From positions 58,066 to 78,065 of the forward strand of contig JALAGF010001634.1 of the NCBI GenBank assembly GCA_030167865.1: a stretch of DNA of 20,000 bases, in the 5' to 3' direction. The position numbers and the translations under genes are program-made. This DNA comes from Craspedostauros australis. Taxonomy: Eukaryota. Position 1 is the first letter of the stretch, and the number at the start of each line of letters is the position of its first letter. The notes beneath the pieces are model-generated. The model was not told the DNA's origin and ran no database searches. It worked only from the letters and a program-made list of their open reading frames with translations. Below, in pieces: positions 18,209 to 20,000 of this stretch.

Positions 18209-19600
18209 ATGAGCTCGGATCAAAGCGTCCAGGCCACAAAAGAGGAATCGTCGATGGAGATACCACTTGGGGCGACGTCCACCTACGGTGCCATTGTCAA
18301 TGAGAAAGGAAGCCAAGAAACACATCAACGCCGGAGGTTGATCAGGCATTTAAGTCGCCATGGCAACAGAAGGATGGAGACCAACAGTCAACGAGAAGAT
18401 CATTTGGGAGGACACAGGTACGTACGACTGTTCGTCTTGCACCATACGAGTACGATCGCAACTCGAACCTCCATTTGGATGGGGTTGAAAGCCTGCAAAG
18501 CGAGCGAACAAAGCCGAATAGAAGAAGAGCGTCGAATGAAAAATGCTGCTGTCTCGTGCACACATACGAGTATTCGAGCACTATTGGAATCGAAAACAAA
18601 CCCGGGCGCGACCCCACCTATCGCACTTCCCTGAACTCCCCTTTGGCCAGGCCATAACGACGCGCCAGCCAACATCACTGCTCAGCTACTCTGCTCTCTC
18701 TGAAACCTGTTGATCCTCCACTCTTCACACACGTATCTGCAAACACATGGCGTCGACGATGTCTATCGGACGTCGTAATACTCACACATATTCTGATATG
18801 ATATGATATGGTATGGTGCCCGAATGATACCAAACATGCATAAATCCATGCATGCATGCATACACGTACACATGGATGCTCCTGAACGATTCCTTTTTCT
18901 CTTCAGGCAGTACTGGCGAGACATCATCCTTGGTGTCAACGATGGTCTCATATCCACCTACCTGCTAGTTGTGGGCGTTGTCGCCAGCGGCCTATCACCA
19001 ACTGACGTCCTCCTGACATCCATTTCCGGTGCACTGGCCGGAGCCGTGTCAATGAGCGCTGGTGAATTCGTCGCCACAAAGTCGCAGAACGAGGTCATGC
19101 TGGGTGAGAAAGAACTGGAGAGACAGCACATCGAAGACTTTCGTGCCGAAGAGCTGAAGGAAGTGAGCGAACTGCTGCAAATGATCGGCATCACCAAGAA
19201 GCATGCTTCGCTTCACCAGCAACTTCTGGATCACTACGATCGAGACTCGGAAGCTTTGCTCAAGATAATGATCGCGCTGGAATTCGGCATGATTGATGAA
19301 GAGCAACGCTCTCCAATGGCAGCTGCTGGAACTTCCGGGTTGCTCTTCTTTCTGGGAGCGTTGCCATCTGTCCTGCCGTTCGTGGTGTGCGAAACGACTA
19401 TGGCGGGGCTTGTTGCGTCCACTGTGGCGACATGTTCTTGCCTCCTACTCGTCGGAGGCATCAAGTCATGGGCGACGCGAGGGAGCTGCATTGCATCCGC
19501 TGTGGAGAACCTCGCAATCGCAGGAATCGGAGGCATGCTTGCCTACGGAGTTGGTCGCATCTTTGAAGTGCTGATCCACAAACGCAGCAGTGCAGAATGA
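18209..19600 (+). CDS. VIT1: VIT1/CCC1 vacuolar iron/manganese transporter, about 300 aa; exons 18209-18417 and 18907-19600
   Basis: RDIILGVNDGL and AGAVSMSAGEFVATKSQ carry the conserved Asp/Met pair. A Glu-rich cytosolic domain (EKELERQHIEDFRAEELKE) is followed by three hydrophobic helices. The intron AG|GTACGT..TTCAG|G is phase 2 and gives HLGGHRQYWRD; exons total 903 nt. Confidence 0.92.
18418..18906 (+). other. Spliceosomal intron of the VIT1 gene (489 nt)
   Basis: Donor GTACGT, polypyrimidine tract TTCCTTTTTCTCTTCAG; frame-preserving. Confidence 0.85.
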
Positions 19601-20000
19601 CAGTGCTTTCTTCTTCACGCATGAGTGAGTCATTACAATTGCCTCACCAACAACAAATCTCTTGACCTATGAGCCCGATCAGTGAGTCGACCAATCGTTT
19701 GAAATGAAGAGTGGAGTCGAATTTCTGGGATTTTCAAACTAAGCACATATTCGCAATCTTNATAGATCTAAAACATATACCAATCCATTCCAGTTCCGAG
19801 GTTGGCCGTATTTTAAGTTTTATGGACCGATGGATTTGCACATTCGTCCATCTCGTTCGGGTTTCAGCCTTTTGGCTACGACTACATCGATCCAAGTTAA
19901 CCCTTTGCTGTTCTTTGTTTCAGCAAGTTTGTTCCGATTTTGAATTGTTTAGTCTCCTTTTGAGGTGTTCCGATGAGACCATCCCACACCTCCTCCACGA

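Noticed and set aside
19761-19761. Single ambiguous base n near a shift to more AT-rich sequence
   Set aside because: Most likely an assembly or base-calling artefact; no terminal repeat or ORF supports a mobile-element boundary.

Overview
Eukaryotic nuclear DNA, most likely a diatom or related stramenopile. This is inferred from GT-AG introns of 250-490 nt, a bipartite plastid-targeting-like N-terminus, a non-fungal eEF3 and abundant microsatellites. Seven protein-coding genes are supported: (1) eEF3-like ABC-F translation factor (+, 2 exons); (2) probable plastid-targeted protein with two SAP/HeH-like repeats, a GGM tract and an STI1 domain (-); (3) intronless DUF2332-like protein of a mostly bacterial family (+); (4) PP2A B56 regulatory subunit with a 39-nt first exon missed by the ORF track (-); (5) an unusually long heme oxygenase with six Cys-Pro motifs and a hydrophobic C-terminal tail (+); (6) M18 aspartyl aminopeptidase with a signal-peptide-like N-terminus (-, 2 exons); (7) VIT1/CCC1 vacuolar iron transporter (+, 2 exons). 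All four reconstructed splice junctions preserve the reading frame. The most interesting signals are the multi-CP heme oxygenase, its tight linkage to the M18 peptidase and VIT1 (a possible hemoprotein/iron-recycling cluster), the DUF2332 gene as a horizontal-transfer candidate, the SAP-SAP-STI1 co-chaperone candidate and a structured element inside the M18 intron. No tRNA, rRNA, CRISPR array or transposase was seen. No database searches were run; family calls rest on motif recognition.
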